This document shows positions 61,969 through 64,000 of a stretch of DNA of 64,000 nucleotides, in pieces. How positions within the stretch are numbered: position 1 is the stretch's first letter; every line of letters starts with the position of its first letter. This stretch comes from Oculina patagonica (taxonomy: Eukaryota). Below the pieces are notes generated by a model that did not search any database, was not told the DNA's origin, and saw only the letters and a list, made by a program, of their open reading frames with translations. Where the stretch lies: NCBI RefSeq assembly GCF_052425735.1, contig NC_135762.1, forward strand, positions 30,380,001 to 30,444,000, in the 5' to 3' direction. Made by a program: the position numbers and the translations under genes.

Positions 61969-62256
61969 CAAAGGCACGCGCAAAACTAACTCCTGACTTC
62001 TGATTATCAGAAATAGCGGACGCACCTGAAAAATGGCCTGCTCAATTTCTCAGAGGCCGCGATCCTGTGAGCACCATGAACCACTGGATAAGTGTAATAA
62101 CGCGAACTCTGAGAACGAGATTGCTTTCAGTTTAGGGCTGTCTAAAAGAAGCTATGTTTCTTAGTAGAGTCTTGCCAGGCCGTAACCTTCTCGACTGTCA
62201 GAAGAGCTTTTGTGTACAGGTGGATTGTGGGAACGAATTGACCAATACCTATTTCT

Positions 62257-62400
62257 TAGTCCAGTCCCTGTACTCTCTCTTCCACGCGCCCTTTATAGGG
62301 GTTGAACACAGGCGCGAGAACAGAGAGACTCTCTCTTCTCACGCCTGGGTTCAACCCCTATAAAGGGCGCGCGGTAGAGAGAGCTCAGGGACTGGACTTA
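62257..62400. mobile_element. Palindromic MITE with 9-bp TSD
   Basis: agtccagtccctg..cgcgccctttataggggttgaac arms; CCTATTTCT on both flanks. Confidence 0.8.
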
Positions 62401-63009
62401 CCTATTTCTCGGGCTATTCAAAATCTTTTTGCTGTATATTTCGGTGTGTTTTCACCCTTCGAGAAGTTCCTAAGAGCTTTCTTTCGAAGCATCATCTGTT
62501 TGAAGCCCTCTTTCCCAAGTGGGAATCACGGAGTGCGGACCTTGATGGTTTGGCGCCGAAACGCGAAGCGCGTCTAATTCTTTTCGAGTGCGACAGGCCC
62601 ACAAACACGTGCGCACCGGGCTCCTATCAAGGAGGGAAGCCTGGGAAAGAGGCAGGAGAATCGTCATAAGTTAATGATCGCATTTCCTTCCCAAGATAAA
62701 TGAAAGTGCGAGTGTTACGAAAACAAGAACAATAGATTTCCTTCATCGATCGAAATAATAGAGGGCTATGAACAGCCTATTTTCTATGCACTTTTTTGTA
62801 CATAAGCATTGCTATTTGTAGAATAATAATAAAAAAAATATTTCTTTGATTCAGCAAAATGTTTTGAAATAACTCGTTTCCTTTTTTTCCCGTCAACTTT
62901 TTCAGTAGCATGAAACAAAAGCAGGAAATCCCTTCTGCATTCGCACCATAATTAAAGACTTCCCAAGCATCCAAAATCTTGTTATTATAATATGTCAAGA
63001 GAATATAAC

Positions 63010-63337
63010 CCCGGGGGGGGGGGGGATTTCCACATGAAACGGACGGGGATGCTCGTCGGAAATTTTGAAAAGAACCCCTAAAAGAGACCAATCTGGGTGT
63101 GGCTCAAGCTTTTCTTGACCCCTAAAAGATACCAAAAAACTAAGAATGGAGTTTATATTTGTATATTTCTTCGTGTGTAACCCTAAACGAGACCATTATG
63201 GCTAAAAATACTGGCGTTTTGAGTGTTTTGCCCGAAACACCCTAAGCGAGACCAAAAATCCGAAATTTACACCCCTAAGCGAGACGACGAGCATCTCCGT
63301 CACTTTCATATGCGAGTTCCCCCCCCCCCCCCCCGGG
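63010..63337. mobile_element. MITE, CCCGGGG TIR family, 8-bp TSD
   Basis: cccggggg.. / ..cccccggg ends; AATATAAC on both flanks; related to the 732 and 9030 elements. Confidence 0.8.
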
Positions 63338-63736
63338 AATATAACATACCATTTTCTCTCGACTTATAATTAATCCTTGCAATGAACTTTTCGTTTCGCC
63401 ATATTTGATCGTCTCCCCCAACTAACTCCATAAGGCCTTGCGTGTCTTCTCTCGACCAAGGCTATCACTCTTCTTCACTGAAAAAGCAAGCTATTTTCTT
63501 GATCGTTTCCTATTGATTGCTAAAATTAAACTCATCAATATGTATTTGCTTTGGTTCTGCGTTCAATTAACTGGTTAAAAATAAACGTGTTTAACATGTT
63601 ATAAAACACGCAGGTAGGACACAAGCTTAAGATTTGTGTTTTGTTTTGATTGGACTGGTTTCAGTAATTGCTTTTCTTATCTAATGACTTAACGATACTG
63701 GTTAACAGGAAGGGCTATAGGAAAGCGTTTTAAAAT

Positions 63737-64000
63737 CTAAAGGAAAAGTTTGTATTCAAGGTTAGTTACTGGTTTCTTAAATTGTTCCTTTACCGCTCTT
63801 GTCAAGTGCACAAAGGGCTTCAGAATCGCAAAGTACCTCTCAACCGCCAGAGCCACTAACATGTAAATGGAAGCCAAAGCGTGGAAAATGAATTCAGCGA
63901 ACGAATAACCAGACTGAACAGACTGATTTGAGAGTAGGAAAATGTCGACGAAAGTAAGAACGGCGAACGCCAAATCCGACGAAGCGAGGTTGGCGAGAAG
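63737..64000 (-). CDS. Class A (rhodopsin-like) GPCR fragment, TM2-TM3; 5' part outside window
   Basis: LLANLASSDL (TM2 LAxxD) and ASIYMLVALAVERYFAILKPF (TM3 ERY). Confidence 0.75.
   Translation of the reverse strand, partial: LLANLASSDLAFAVLTFVDIFLLSNQSVQSGYSFAEFIFHALASIYMLVALAVERYFAILKPFVHLTRAVKEQFKKPVTNLEYKLFL

Overview
Eukaryotic, intron-rich, AT-rich genomic DNA, most likely from a stony coral or other anthozoan (inferred from the gene set and repeat families). I reconstructed exon structures by hand for TDRD3 (-, runs off the left edge), CFAP97 (+), a single-coding-exon HEPN-STAND(NB-ARC)-TPR receptor (+), AASDH (-), SPCS3 (+), USP12/46 (-), a two-exon zf-MYND/ubiquitin-like/UBA gene (+), a CNG channel alpha subunit (+) and a class A GPCR fragment (-, right edge). 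There is also a 7SL/SRP RNA gene (-). Six of the genes form three tight head-to-head pairs. Introns and spacers hold many TIR elements with readable target-site duplications, a decayed Academ transposon, SINEs, a 35-bp minisatellite and a ~750-bp triplication. The best candidate for an under-described system is the HEPN-RNase/STAND/TPR gene. Its near-identical 126-bp TPR units are a mosaic that varies at predicted ligand-binding positions, resembling an NLR/Avs-like receptor with a recombining sensor. Also notable are a U12-type AT-AG intron in SPCS3, the MYND-UBL-UBA gene and an atypical CNG pore.
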